This document shows, piece after piece, positions 1 through 13,859 of a stretch of DNA of 64,000 nt. A model generated the notes under the pieces. The model ran no database searches. It saw nothing but the letters and a program-made list of their open reading frames with translations, and was not told the DNA's origin. A program made the translations under genes and the position numbers. Source of the DNA: Lepidodermella squamata (lineage: Eukaryota > Animalia > Gastrotricha); the NCBI GenBank assembly GCA_047495785.1, contig JBLDXI010000003.1, positions 1,922,001 to 1,986,000 of the forward strand, in the 5' to 3' direction. Each line of letters starts with the position of its first letter. Within the stretch, counting starts at the first letter, position 1.

Positions 1-3000
1 ACTTCGCCAGAAACCTGAAATAGCGAAATTAATTAGTAAAACAGATGATTCAGGCGCGAAAGCATACAAGGGCTGTCTATAGATGGCTGTTGGCTACTAC
101 TGCACGGGTTTGGTAGCGACATTGTTATCCAGTCGTCCATTTGGGTCAATTGATATTCACAGGGGCTTGGAGAAACTAAAAATCACAAAAATTGGAGGGT
201 CATTCCTAGAATCCTAAAAAGCTAACTTTCAATTTTCGAAGGGCAGCCATTCATCACATGCTGGATCGCATTGCTGTTCATTGTGAAGTTGAAGACATAA
301 AAACAGCTGGTAGCATGACCAGGCGAGCCACCTCCAACGTAATCAGTGCCGCCGATGCGATAACCTGTGGTCGTCGACATATCCGCACAATTTGCATTTA
401 TTGTTGTTGCAACCGATATTCCGTTAACGACGAGTTGCAATGTCGCAGTGACGTTATCGTATGCCATGGCATAGTGATTCCATGTACTCAGAACTATAGC
501 ATTGCTCCATGAAACTTGGAAGGTTCCTCCACCAGGGCATTGAAACTGGCCGATACTATGAGACGAAAGAATTTGTACCTAAAATTGAACCTCAATGTAG
601 CATAAACTTACAATATCCGGCCAGTTGTGATTGAGAATAGTATGTGTGGAATGCCAGCAGCAGTTTTTGTTGCTAGAACGTAAGATGTGCTGGAAGGTGT
701 GTTGTAAAGCCAAATCCACTGCATAACCGTGAAAGCCCCCGTTCTCAGCATTTGGCTAGTCTGGCTGATACCGTTTGGTTGATAGATAACTGCCCCACTC
801 GGGAAACCATGTGACCGCATTGGTTTAGAGACAGAGTCTGCCCAAAATGTAGAGGGACCAGCGAAAGAAATTTGATCGACTGATGTAGCTGCTGGTTCGT
901 CTGTAAACCACTGCGTCCAGCGGTAAACCCTGTCAGTTATTTGTCCACGTTACAACAGGCCGGAGTCCATAAATCGGGCATCGTGAGATCTGCTGAATCT
1001 CTCGACTCGTCAAAGCTTGGCTGTAAATCTGAACACACGCAACGCGATCGTTCAGTGTCAATGTCGAGGGCGATGGCAAAGCTCCGATTCTGAACTGCCC
1101 CGAAGTTTCGAGCTCACAGCCTTGTGGTAGCTGCCTCAACATTGCGAGATTAGCCTCATGATAGACAGCAAACTGGCCTGTTGCGTAGTGGTAGGTGATA
1201 GCGATATGGCGCAGGCGTTGGATAGTCGCAAGTCTAGAGGTCATGTTGGCACGAAAAACCCCAGTATAAGCCATATTGCGGCAAGTCACGGTGAAGTTGA
1301 ACAGGCCGTCTTTACACGTGACCCCCAAAGAGTAAGCCGGGGGTGAAGCTGTAGGGTGAAGGTAGCCAAGAACTGCCTGGGTCGTAGTTTGAGTCTGGCA
1401 CATGACGTAGAAACTGATAGTCAAAGCGAACGGTGACACAAGCTCGCCATTCGAGTTGGAATTGGACACAAATGAGTTGCTATCGCCATTGAAAATCATC
1501 GCTGAATTCGGGTACTTGTTATTCTCGGCTCCAGTCAGGAAACTTCCAATCTGAACACTACTGCCCTGAGTTGCATTGATCGACGATCCCATGTAGTCGT
1601 TGAGTCGATATTTTGAATCCATTGGCCAGAAAACAACAGGGTTAGGCACTGAAACAAAAAATCGAATGCTTAATTACTTCAAAGCCTGTCGTAATGAATC
1701 ACATTGCCAAGGGCAGAGCATAGCATCGTCCATTTCGCTTTTAGTGAGGATTCGATTGTACAATTGGACACAGGCGATTCTCCGCTCCATCAATCTCAGG
1801 CTGTCAGCAATCCAAGGCCCGAATGATATTGATGTATCAGTGTAAATATTGCTTGAGTAAGTAGCAGGGATGTCGCCAGCTCCAACAACTACGCCATTCG
1901 CCATAATATAGTAGGACGCTAAACAAAATAATTAAGCAAATCGTGTGATTCTGTCAGATCTAACGAACATCTTGCGCGATCGAATACCCATCCAATAAAA
2001 TACCACCGCTCGACTTCCAACGGTACGTACGACGCACCCTGAGTAGCCATCTTATGGCCATACAAGAGGTATCGGGAAGAATTCGAGGTTTTATATGCGA
2101 GAAGAGTGTAAAACCTTTTGTTATGAAAAATGAACTAATATTTATGAATAGCTTATAAAAAAAATCACCCTGTAATGTCGTCAGAGTTGAATTGAATGAT
2201 TATAACGGTTGAGGATGGCCAAGTGGTTCCTCCTATATAAAGCCATAAAAAGATAGAAAAATCGCTCGTGGCCGAATGGAACGCGGCCGTTGGTGCTGCT
2301 TTTGGAATAACGACCGAAGCTGTTTGTGCCGTGGGCGGCAAACGGAAGGCGGTTCTTGGTTTGCCGAAAGGACCTGTAACCAGCTCGACTGACGGCGAAA
2401 CAACTCCGTCGGAGCCTTGCCCGCTTAGATCGCTAGCCATAGTAATCGCGTCGAACAACCAAAGCCCAGACGGTTCCAGAGCTGAGTACATCCGAGGAGG
2501 AGTTATGATAACATCAGTGATAGATTGCGTGGATCCCAAGTCGATTGTCACATAGGATGGATTGTTCAAATCAGGATCAACGCGAACACATGATCGCAAC
2601 CGACCCTGTATGTCACGATTAGGCTTGTCGGTCAATTTGCCGCTTGTAGCTTTCATTCGATCATACAACGCCCCCGTTGAAGACGTGACTGGTTTCAGTG
2701 TAGCTAAATCAGGAGAGCTCAACAACATTGAAGGAATTTCTATTCAGATCAAATTAAATATTGTTGATATCTCAAGTCGGGTCGTGATTTCAACTAGCCT
2801 CTACAGCCTAATAGCTCCCATCTGATTCCAGGCAGGCCAGTAGATTGCAGGACAATCAAGCGAACCATCCGAGCGATTATTGGTACGTCGAAGAGCGAAG
2901 TTGTGTAGCGATCACCAGAATTAGCACTCGAGAATACCTGCAGTAGAATTGACGCACTTTTGTTATTAGCATCAGAAGAAAGTCGTGAATTTTAGGCTAC

Positions 3001-4639
3001 ACGTGTTCTTTCTTATATATGCTATATGCTACTGAGTTTTCCAACTTGATCCCAGGGAATATTTTGGCATCAAGTCAGATGAAAAAAATTAGATATGAAG
3101 AAAACCTGGGAATTCCCCTCGGCTGCTCCTGGCTTCCGGACGTTTTGCCAGTTGGGAGATCCGCAATTAGGCTCTGGGCAATATTTTAGGCTGAATTGAG
3201 TGGTCCCTTTCAGGCCCTGAGCATTAGGTCTCGAGAGCATAGTCGAAACACCCGAAACCTGGAAAAAAACAAATAATAAGCTAACACGACAACAGTGGCT
3301 TTTGTAATTATACAATGAAGTTTTTCAGCAGATCGACTTGAATCCACTCCAATGGAGTCGTGCTACTTGCTGACCAGCCATGCCATGGGTTCATCAAGTT
3401 AGCATACTTAGCTGTGCGGTTAGCCGTTTCAGTTGATGATTGAGAATACTGGTTATCCCCAAGTTCCATTGCCTCAATGCCCAGTGGTTCTAAAGAAAAA
3501 CGTACAGAATAATAAACAACTAATTCATGGGGTAGGCTCACCGCGGCAGATCGCAGGGCAGCCGTAGTACTCTATTTGAATACCCCACCATGTTTGTTCC
3601 CAAGTTCTCGGTTGAAATCGAACATGATGAACGATTACGGGCTTCCACAAAGTTAACCGGACGGTTCTTGTGTCCTTAGGTGTGTTATGAGAGAAGATTA
3701 CAACGTCACCACCCGGGGACAGATAGTCCTGCCAAGTATTTCCATCCAAGCTGTAGGCTATTGATGATGTGTACGTCCATCCGAACGGTTTCAAGTCGAT
3801 GTAGTGCAGCCATGTGAGAGTATCGAACGAAATCTGAACCGTATATGATATCCAATTAATGATAAGGGCCTTTTGATTCAACGAAAAACTAGCCTGATAA
3901 AATGATGCAGGGTAGCTTGTGCTGTCACCAGCGTAGTAGAACTGAATACCAGTCGACCATGAATCAGTTCCTAGGCAGAATCGGCCAAATACTGGTTTGA
4001 CTTGCGCAGCTGCTTGGGGATAAGCCCCGCTCACAATCTGTTCGTTGCGAATTGCAAGTGCATCATCGTCCCACAGTTCCCCAGAGCCGGACCACGTCCG
4101 GAGGCCCATCGCCTGTGGATTGTTACAAGCTACAAAAAGCGAGTGAACTATCAATTATCTAAGATTATCTAGAATTTACGCTTCGCAATGGTGTTTAGCA
4201 ATTTCTGAATTGCTTTGCTGACGCGAGCTGAGACCTGCTCGCGCGTATCCGGCTTGTTAGAATTTGACACCAAGTCGTAGGTAATATCTCCAGCCGCAGC
4301 CGAGTCTGTTTTCAGCTGGTTGGTGGAGACAGAAACCGAGAACATGGAGCAATTCTTATCAGCCTTTCGAAAATATGCAGCATTGCAATTCTGAGTCGTA
4401 ACACAAGCTGCAGCACAGTGATTTTCGGTATCCGTCGCCAGCCTTAGTGAAAAAATTAAGATTCGGCACGTTGATTTTTAGCATGATTAGCATGATTACG
4501 TTGAGATCAAGTAATTTGAAATACTGTCGCCTTGGAATGACACTATTGGCTTCATCCCAGTCATTCTTGCGAAATGTTTTCCGCATCTGGACGAGCTGAA
4601 GTGAAGCACCAGTAAAATTAACCTGACAAAAACTCGCAT
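1..4639 (-). CDS. Secreted multidomain lectin-like protein, copy A (signal peptide-PAN/Apple-F5/8C x2-F-type lectin N-half-LamG/ConA-like x3-F5/8C...). Runs off the left edge; probable frameshift and premature stop at ~933, so truncated or a pseudogene
   Basis: Hand-spliced start MRVFVRLILLVLHFSSSRCG (ATG 4639). PAN Cys pattern (CAAACVTTQNCNA). Discoidin motifs WIQVDL and VRFQPRTW..IQIEYYGC. LamG-like HIAITY...FRIG...VACVQIYSQALT. Exon-by-exon paralogy with 6036-12987. Confidence 0.8.
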
Positions 4640-5319
4640 TTTTCGATAAATGCCAAATGTTTTCATCAGGAAAAGGGAACATACCCATTTTTTTAAATAA
4701 ATAATTTACTATTCCTTCTCAGGTTGGGAAAAACAGTCTCATATACGTAGTCTTCGCTCGAGAAATTGCGATACCATTGGTGATCGCGCGCAAACTCCAA
4801 CATTCCCGAATGAGGTGTGACCCGGCCGCCGCAAACTCGAGGAAGCAAAATCAATAAGGAATAGGAGCGTATCTGTTTTTCTTGATTGCAAAGTTGCAAG
4901 GAGAATTTATTTCTTGAATGGTGCTGTACATAGCCTCTTTTTACTGAGATCGAAAAAATCGCAAAACATAGCTGAAAAATTGCTCTTACTAAAAGGGGTC
5001 TATGGCGAGGTCTTTGTGACCCCGGTGAAAAGTGCCTGCGCTATGCATTGTGCTTTCAAAGACGTATGGAACTGAATGAAAATGAGAGTAAAATTATTAT
5101 TTGCATTACGGTTGTGAGATTTTTGTATAACAACTGCTCTTCACTTGCTGCTTTCAAGATGAGCTATTAAGTAATAGGAGATTGATCTGACACCGAGTTG
5201 TACATACTGTTTTAACTGTTTTTACTCAGTAGAGAAATGCATCTCTAATTTATTTGTGCTTAATTAGTTTTCACGATATGTTTATAAGTTTCAGATAATT
5301 CAAGTAGATCAGTTAATTA

Positions 5320-5820
5320 CCGTATCGCCTCAAATTGACACCGGAGCTTATAAATTTTGTGGGTGACCACAAAATTCGCAACATTGGACTAGTATTAGAG
5401 AGCGGGCGTCTCTTAAAGGGTGGGCTTATACAGTTTGAAATCCTTGAAACCAGAAATTTACTCTCACGAAATGTGACTTCACAGTCTTATTTTAAAGTAG
5501 CTTGCGCTCCGGTCTGGGCTCAGGGCGGGGTGTTCGCGCGGTGTTTTACGCCGCTCTCATATTTACTGTGTCGCGTAGCTGACCTTGCGCGCGGCCTCGA
5601 AGTCATTCTTGCACTCGCCGGCGTGACCCATAATCCGCATAGACCAGCGACGAGCATAGTGACATGGCCTTACGTGATGTAATAACCCGGGCTACTATTT
5701 GAAAGTGGGCTATTGTAAGTATTTATTTGAGAGTATCTATTTGTTACTATTTGAGAGTATCTTCAGTCGTCATTTAGCTGGGCTACTAAGGAGGGTGGAC
5801 TTCTATTTGATGCGATGCGG
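5320..5820. mobile_element. Tc1/mariner-pogo type MITE (~500 bp)
   Basis: Imperfect TIRs CCGTATCGCCTCAAAT...ATTTGATGCGATGCGG, TA on both flanks, repeated subterminal GGGCT(A/T) motifs, no convincing coding capacity. Confidence 0.7.
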
Positions 5821-6035
5821 TATTTCGAAATTTATGCTGTGAGTATTCAGATGCAAGATTCGAGATTTCACATAATAACTTGATTGTTAACGTAAATTGT
5901 TGTTAGCCCTCGCGTGAGTTTTCTACAGAATTTTAGTGATATGTGTAATAAAGCAGACAACACAATCAAACGTAGCAATGATTATCACGGGAGTCTATTA
6001 TTTCTCTTTCAGAGAGTTTTTGGGCCTGAGTTGAT

Positions 6036-9000
6036 TCAAACAGGGTATACGACGATTTCAGCAACCGGGAGTAGTCCAGGGGTGGCCCGTCTCAGAATAA
6101 CGTAACGTCCATAAGCTGGCTGCAGGCAGAACAGCTCATATGGTCGACTCGCATACCGGTAATCGAATTCCATCAGGGGTAGAACGACGTCGCACAACTG
6201 ACTGGTTGCTGTAATGTTGACTAGGGAGCTTCCGACTCGTAGCTCGGTGTTTGTCAAACTGTAGCCGTAACGATCGGCTGCAATGTAGACTAACACCCTT
6301 GAAACAACACTGGCTAAGCCCATATCGACAGCTATCCACATTTCTGCTGACGGATCTGAGAAATATGGGGAATGAAAGGAGTTTCAGTGCTGATCTCAAG
6401 CAAACCAATGACGTATCCCTTAGCGAGTTGGTAGCTGTAGCCTGCCGCGTAAGAAGCGTTAGATGTAACGTCGACCACAGTCCCAACCGAAGTATCGATT
6501 GCCATTGGTAGGCTCCACGGTAGAGGACCCGAGGTAGCTACGCTTGGATTCCAACCATGGAAGTCACCAATATAACTGATTCCACAGTACAAGCTGTTTG
6601 TAACGCCTTGATAGAACCCAGATATGTCTCCATTTGTCACATTCATGGCTGTCGAGGCGGCGAACTCTCTGTAAAAGTATTAGCAGAATGTCAAGATAAC
6701 AAATCAGGACTCACATATATCGCCGACGCAAAGCGCCACTTGAAGCATAAATTGGTATGTTAAGACTAGACTTCAGTCGCATTGTAGTATCGCTCAAGTT
6801 TTGATAGTTTTGTAGATAGCAGGTACCAGGACTTGTCATAGAGTTGCCAAATTGGCGACGTCTAGGGAGAACTACTGATTTCATGATCAACTCCAACTGA
6901 ACGACCGATCCAGAACAAGATGAGGGTGGCGTGGTCCTGGCAGTCCCTGCCGGTGATTGATCATGAAAATCACTACTTGGCATCTCGAAAGGTGGAACCA
7001 CCGGAGAGCCAATGGTGCATACTTGGCCTGAAACAAAGTTAGAACAGCTAGGTAAACGGATATAAGGTATAAAAACTGATCTTACCGGTAGAAGAAGCTT
7101 CGTTTGCAGCCGTAACGCCGTCAGTAGCTCTGTGCTTAGTTCGTTCTGCAGAAGCATGCGAATTAGGTGCTAAGACGACTTTTCTGTTCAGAGCGAAGTT
7201 GATAGCTGCGGGAAAACATAGTAGCACTTAATTAACGCCTCAAGCCTAAATGGTAGTTACATGGGCTGTTATAAGCCTCGACTTGGCAGATGTCGAAACC
7301 AACGTTCTTATAGGCAGACAGAATTGTAAGGTAACGGCCAGGATTCGAGTATGGATTAACCGTCAGCCTTATTGGCTCACGGTCCATAAGTTCGCCTTGA
7401 GTTATCGTTCTTGCTATTCTTGGATTCGTCAGAGCTGAAGCTACATTAGTCACTGTATTGTTCCCTAATGTCACATCGATTGCTGGGAAAGGAGTGTCCA
7501 TATCTTCAAGAGCACAGCCAAAAATTCTGACTGATAAAGCAATGTTGCCGTTTGCATAGCCAGTAGGATAGATTCGCATGAAACGACCGACGAGAGGGTT
7601 TCGAAGAGGTACCTCCACGATCGTGGTTTTGTCAGTATTTGCTGCGAACTCCTGAACAAAACCATTCTCGCTCTTCAACATTAGCCATTGATTGTTGTTG
7701 AAGCTGTAGCCCAGTCGAAATCGAGTGACCCATCCCGGTTTTGAACATATATTGTTACTCCCTCGCGTTTGCAGCCTTGTAACCCTGGCAATATATCCGA
7801 AAGACACTTGCCAGAAAATTTCACTTGTTGACTCAAATGGATCAGTTATCGTGTAAGACCACATGTTCCCATTTTCAATCAGGCTAGCTTTAAAGCTATT
7901 GCAAGCATTGTCGAAATGGCTAACAGTTATAGCGTCGTATTTCGTAGTGAAAATCAGGCGACGATTGCAGTTTCGAACTGAAAGATTTATTTAGTTATCA
8001 TCAACTAGATTGATTAGAACCGTCCGCAAGAGTAGCAATGAATTCCAAAACGAAAAACAAGGTAGTGGGGGAGACTACATATTCGTTTATTGCTTTTCTT
8101 GCAGATGGTCAAAATAGTACGACAAATACCTTTACAGCCTTTGAATCCAAATCTAAGTGCTGGCCAGCCGGATGAAGAGATAACATCCAAAATTACGTAT
8201 CTCGTTCTCACCGCATACGGCAAACGGTTTTCGACGATTGAATTTCTGTCGTAGTTCGCAGTGAAAACCTTCATCAACGAATTCATTGAAGCAATAAATT
8301 GAAAGGAAAATATTTGATATTACTATATCGGCTCCATTCGGATCCCTCATCCTATAACTGTCATCTGTCATAGTTGACGCTAGATTCGGGCTCGAGAAAA
8401 ATTTCAGCGTAAATGTAGTAACCCATTCATCTGCAACAGGGTTTCCAGCGGTAAGAATCGACCTGATTTCATAATCATTGTTGAATGAAATCTCAACCCA
8501 TACCCCGGAAGCTGAAGGTGCACGCCAGTAACCTGAAATCACGAGGAAAATGATCATAAGGAAAAGCCCATGAAGCAATTGCATTACACGATGGGCTGTC
8601 AATAGTTGGCATTTGGACGCAGTTGGACGTGCTGTCCTGCGACCATATAATCCAGTCTTCATTATGCAGCAATTGATACTCGCACGCACTCGGCGAGACT
8701 GAAAATGAAACAGCTGATTTTTTCCACTTAATAGTGAGGGTATACGTTTACTTTCAACTTTCGAAGGGCAGCCATTCATGATGTGCTGAATAGCATTGCT
8801 GCCCATCGAGGAGTTGTAGACGTAAAAGCAGCTGACCCACATGCTTGGGGATAGTCCCCCAGCATAGTCAGAACCCCCGATTCGATAGCCAGTGGTCGTC
8901 GACATGTCGGCACAGCTGGCATTCGTTGTCAAGGCAACCCGTTTGCTGTTAAAGAACAGCTGTAATTGCGCCGTGACATTATCGTACGACATAGCGTAAT

Positions 9001-12000
9001 GATTCCATATGTTTAGAACTATTGCAGTACTCCAAGTAACTTGATAGGTCGCGCCACCAGGGCACTGAAATTGCCCTGTGCTATAATGAGACATAATTTG
9101 CAATGTAATAATTTTTCGCATTAAACGTACAGAATCCGCGCGGTTGATATGGTGAATGTAATATGGTGAATACCAGCAGCAGTCTTTGTCGCTAGGACGT
9201 AAACAAGTGTGGAAGGCGCACTGGTAAGATATATCCATTCCATGACCGTGAAGCCACCTGTTCTCAACATTTGGCTCGTCTGGGTAATTGTCTGGGTCGG
9301 CTGATAGGTAGCCGCTGATTGGTAACTGTGCGATTTCATAGGTGGAGATACAGAAGGAGCCCAGAGGAAGGAGCCATATTGAGTAACAGGATCGGCTGAC
9401 GTAGCTGCAGGCTCGTCAGTGAACCACTGAGTAAACCGGTAAACCATATCATGCGTCCAGGTTACAACCGGCCGGAGTCCATAAATCGGGCATCGTGAGA
9501 TCTGCTGAATCTCTCGACTCGTCAAAGCTTGGCTGTAAATCTGAACACACGCAAGGCGATCGTTCAGTGTCAATGTCGAGGGCGATGGCAAAGCGCCGAT
9601 TCTGAACTGCCCCGAAGTTTCTAGCTCACAGCCTTGTGGTAGCTGCCTTAACATGGCGAGATTAGCCTCGTGGTAGACAGCAAACTGGCCTGTAGCATAG
9701 TGGTAGGTAATAGCGATATGGCGCAAGCGTTGGATAGTCGCAAGTCTTGAGGTCATGTTTGCACGGAAAACCCCAGTATAAGCCATATTGCGGCAAGTCA
9801 CAGTGAAGTTGAACAGGCCGTCTTTACACGTGACCCCCAGAGAGTAAGCCGGGGGCGAGGCTGTGGGATGGAGGTAGCCAAGAACTGCTTGGGTCGTAGT
9901 TTGAGTCTGGCACATGACGTAGAAACTTATTGTCAAAGCAAACGGTGACGCAAGCTCGCCATTCGAGTTGGGATGGGACACAAATGAGTTGCTATCACCA
10001 TTGAAGATCATCGCTGAATTCGGGTACTTGTTATTTTCGGCTCCAGTCAGGAAACTTCCGATTTGAACACTACTGCCTTGAGTGGCACTCAAAGATGATC
10101 CCATATAGTCATTCAGCACATATTTCGAATCCATGGGCCAAAATACTACCGGGTTGGGAACTGAAATATAACAACTAGTTTTACATTACTAATTTGGAAG
10201 AGGAATTCATTACGCTGCCAGGGACATAGCATAGCATCATCCATTTCGCTTTTCGTCAAAATTCGATTGTACACTTGAACACAGGCGAATTTTCGATCCA
10301 TCAGCCTGTTACTGCTCGCCAAAAATGGCCCAAAAGTTATGGATGTATCGGTAAAAATAATGTTCGTGTAAGATGTAGTTAAGTCGCCAGCTCCAATAAC
10401 TACGCCATTTGCCAGCATGTAATAAGACGCTTCAAGAATAGTGATTAAACAAGCAAAAATATAGCTATTGTTACAAAATTCAACGAACATCTTGCGCGAT
10501 CAAACACAAATCCAATAAAATACCATCGATCGACTTCCAATGGGACGTAGGATAGGCCTTGGCTCGCCATTTTATGACCATACAATGTGTATTGCGAGGC
10601 ATTATTCGTTACTTGATATGCGAGAATGTCATAGAACCTTTTGTATGAGAAATGCCAGAAATCGATCAATACAAAAGCAATATTGTTGTGGGTTATTTAC
10701 CCAGTATTATCATCCGAGTTGAACTGAAGGATAACGGTTGTCGTCGAAGGCCACGTTCCACTACCAATATAAAGCCACAAAAAGACAGAAAAGTCGTTCG
10801 TAGGCGAGTGATAAGCAGCTGTAGGAGCCGTTTTCGGAATAAAAACCGAAGCTGTTTGGGCGGTAGGAGCCAAACGAAAGGCACTTTTGGGTTTGCCAAA
10901 CGGACCGGTGACTAGCTCAACTGCTGGCGAAACAACGCCGTCTGAACCTTGGCCACTCAGATCGTTCGCCATGGTCACGGCATCGAACAGCCAAAGACCA
11001 GAAGGCTCGAGAGCAGAGTACATTCTCGGAGGAGTTATGATGACATCCGTTAGAGATTGCGTGGAACCAAGGTCGATTGTAACATAAGATGGGTTGTTTA
11101 GATCTGGATCGACTCTGACACAAGAACGAAGTCTCCCTTGCGCGTCTCGATTTGGCTGATCAGTCAGTTTTCCATTGTTGGGCCTCATTCTCTGAAATGA
11201 CGAGCCGGTAGAGGACGTGACTGGCTTAAGAATCGCAAGGTCCGAATTGCTTAAGAGCATTGAAGGAATTTCTAAGCGATAAAGAGGTAATCATGTTTTT
11301 ATGTTTCTCTTCACGTTACTACCTCGGCAACCAAGAAGCTCCCATCGAATGCCTGCAACAGTTGTCGACTGTAATACATTCAAGCGAACCATCCTTGCGA
11401 TTATCGGGCCGTCAAAGAATGAAGTTGTATAATAATCTCCCGAATTGGCGCTCGAAAACACCTGGAAAGAACTTCTCATGGGAAATGATGTATAAATTTG
11501 CGAGCCAAACCTGAAAATCGCCTTCACTTGCCCCCGTTCTTCGAATATCTTGCCATCTCGATGAGCCTTCCAGCTCCGAACGGTACTTCAAGCTGAATTG
11601 AGTTGCTCCTTTGAGCCCCTGAGCATTAGGCCTTGATAACATAGTCGAAATTCCCGTCACTATAAAGTTTTTGAGCAGATCAACTTGAATCCACTCGAAT
11701 GTGGTACTCGCTGCTTGCCATCCATGCCACGGGTTGTTCAAGTTGGCGAACTTTGCTGTTCGATTTGCTGGATCAGATGAGGATTGGGAAAACTGATTGT
11801 CACTCAGTTCCATAGCTTCAATACCGAGAGGTTCTGGACGGAAAATCACGAGAATCAACATCTTGCTTACATTACCGTAAACCTTACCGCGGCAAAGCGC
11901 TGGGCAGCCGTAGTACTCTATTTGTAATCCCCAGTCTCCATTGGGTAAAAATGTTCTTGGGTAAAACCGAACGTGGTGAGCGATGACAGGCCTCCACAGA

Positions 12001-12987
12001 GTTTGTCGAACAGTTGCAATGCTGCCACCCGTTACTGTGTGAGAGAAGATTACAACATCACCAGATGGAGATAAGTAGTCCTGCCAAGCAACTCCGTTCA
12101 GGCTGTATGCCATGGATGAGGTGAAAGTCCATGCAAAGGGTTTCAAGTCGAAGTAGTGCAGCCAAGTGAACGTGTCAAACGAAACCTAGTAAGAACTATC
12201 TCAATCTAGGAACTTCTATTCGAAATGATACAAAACCTGATAGAAAGACGCGGGAAGGCTTGCGCTAGACCCAGCGTAATAGAACCCAGACGTGTTCGAC
12301 CAAGTATCGGTGCCGAGGCAAAGCCTGCCAAATATAGGTCTGCTTCGAGTGGAGGATTGAGGATTAGCTCCACCCAAGATTTGGTCGTTCCGAATCGCAA
12401 GACCGTTGTCGTCCCACAATTCGCCTGAACATGACCATGTCCGCAGCCCCATAGCCTGAGGATTCGCGCAAGCTAAAACATTAACGATATGAGTATGATT
12501 CAAGGTTCGAATATCAAGCTACGTTTAGCGATAATGCTCAGCAAGTTCTTAACGGCCTTCCGACTCTTCACCAGGACTTGATCCCTGGTTTCGGGTTTGT
12601 TCGAATTCGAGACCAAGTCAAACGTCATGTCACCAGATGCAGCCGAATCGGTTGTTAGCTGGTTAGAAGAGACGGAAACTGAATACAGATTGCAGTTCTT
12701 ATCCGATTTCCGGAAGTAGGCTGCATTGCAGTTTTGAGTTTTGACACAGGACGCTACGCAATGATTTTCAGTTTGCATAGCTGACCTTTATTCGAGAATT
12801 TGAAACGTTGACGGAACCTTTGGAAATTATATTTCAAGAATTACGATGTGATCAAGTAGTTGTTGATGTTATCTCCTTGAGACACTACGATCGGCTTCAC
12901 TCCTGTCATTCTTGCGAAATGCTTTCCGCATAGCACAGATTGGCTCATCTGTGAAATTACGAGAAAAGCTGCCCACAAAATTAGCAT
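6036..12987 (-). CDS. Secreted multidomain lectin-like protein, copy B (signal peptide-PAN/Apple-F5/8C x2-FTP N-half-LamG/ConA x3-F5/8C x2-FTP C-half-further FTP-like domain(s)); multi-exon, apparently complete
   Basis: Start MLILWAAFLVISQMSQSVLCG (ATG 12987). PAN (CVASCVKTQNCNAAYF). Four discoidin domains (e.g. WVTRFRLGYS...RFMRIYP...VRIFGC). Three ConA-like domains. C-terminal fucolectin-like WIAVDMG...ELRVG...GRYVIL...VAEIVVY; stop at 6036-6038. The junctions I checked join in frame via ~50 bp GT-AG introns. Confidence 0.88.
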
Positions 12988-13094
12988 TTTCTTTGCAGAA
13001 TGATTTCTTTCATTTACCCTGTTTCCATTAAATAAGGCTATGATTCTTGAATGGTGGGTGAATTATTTAACAACTGTTTCTTAACGAGGTGGGC

Positions 13095-13760
13095 TGTCAC
13101 CTCGCTCGGAAAGTCGCACTGGTACCGACGGCAAGGTGAGAGACAGCTGCTAAAAGTGGGATTATTTATGTGAGATCGATTTTCACGTACTTCGGTGAAC
13201 CTGGTCAAGTAACTGTCGCCAGTGACGTGTTGTTAATGCGGTTATCGCTGTATCGATTTATTTTTTCATAAAAGCTTGGTCTGCACTCAATTTCGAAATT
13301 TTCAACTCTTTTCCTCTTTTCTTGCTCTTGATAATTGATAAGACAAATTGATTAGTATGGGTTTAGGGTCGTGTTAAGACGTATTGTATCAGAGGGGTCT
13401 TTTTTGAAAAATTTTGAAATCTTTTTCGAAAACGTATATAGTATGTAAATATTGGATTGAAGCTTTGAGCCAAATTGTATTTTCGTTTCACGATTGGTTT
13501 TGCTCGTTCCATTTGCTGGCTATTTTTTCGTGTAAATTATTCAATAAGCTTCCATGCGTAAATTATTTAAAAAACGGTATGTCTCGTGCTCTTACCTTGC
13601 TCGTAAAGTCTCGCTGGAACCTGGAACCAACGGCATGGTGAGAGGCAACTACCATAGGTGGGATTATTTATGCGGGATGAAATCAAGTTTTTACGCACTT
13701 AGGTAAACCTAGCCTAGTAACAGTTGCTAGTGACGCGTTGTTAATAGTTAATGGCTGTGA
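13095..13760. repeat. Diverged ~150-bp direct repeat pair upstream of lectin copy B
   Basis: GGTGAGAG..GTGGGATTATTTATG..GTAAC..AGTGACG.GTTGTTAAT occurs at ~13135-13250 and ~13637-13760. Confidence 0.6.
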
Positions 13761-13859
13761 ACAAATCTTGTTGACGACTGGAAAGCCGTGTAAAGATTCG
13801 TCGCAAACAAAAAGAATTTTTCTGTAGCGGCTATGAACGTAACCAGCTATACGGATGCC

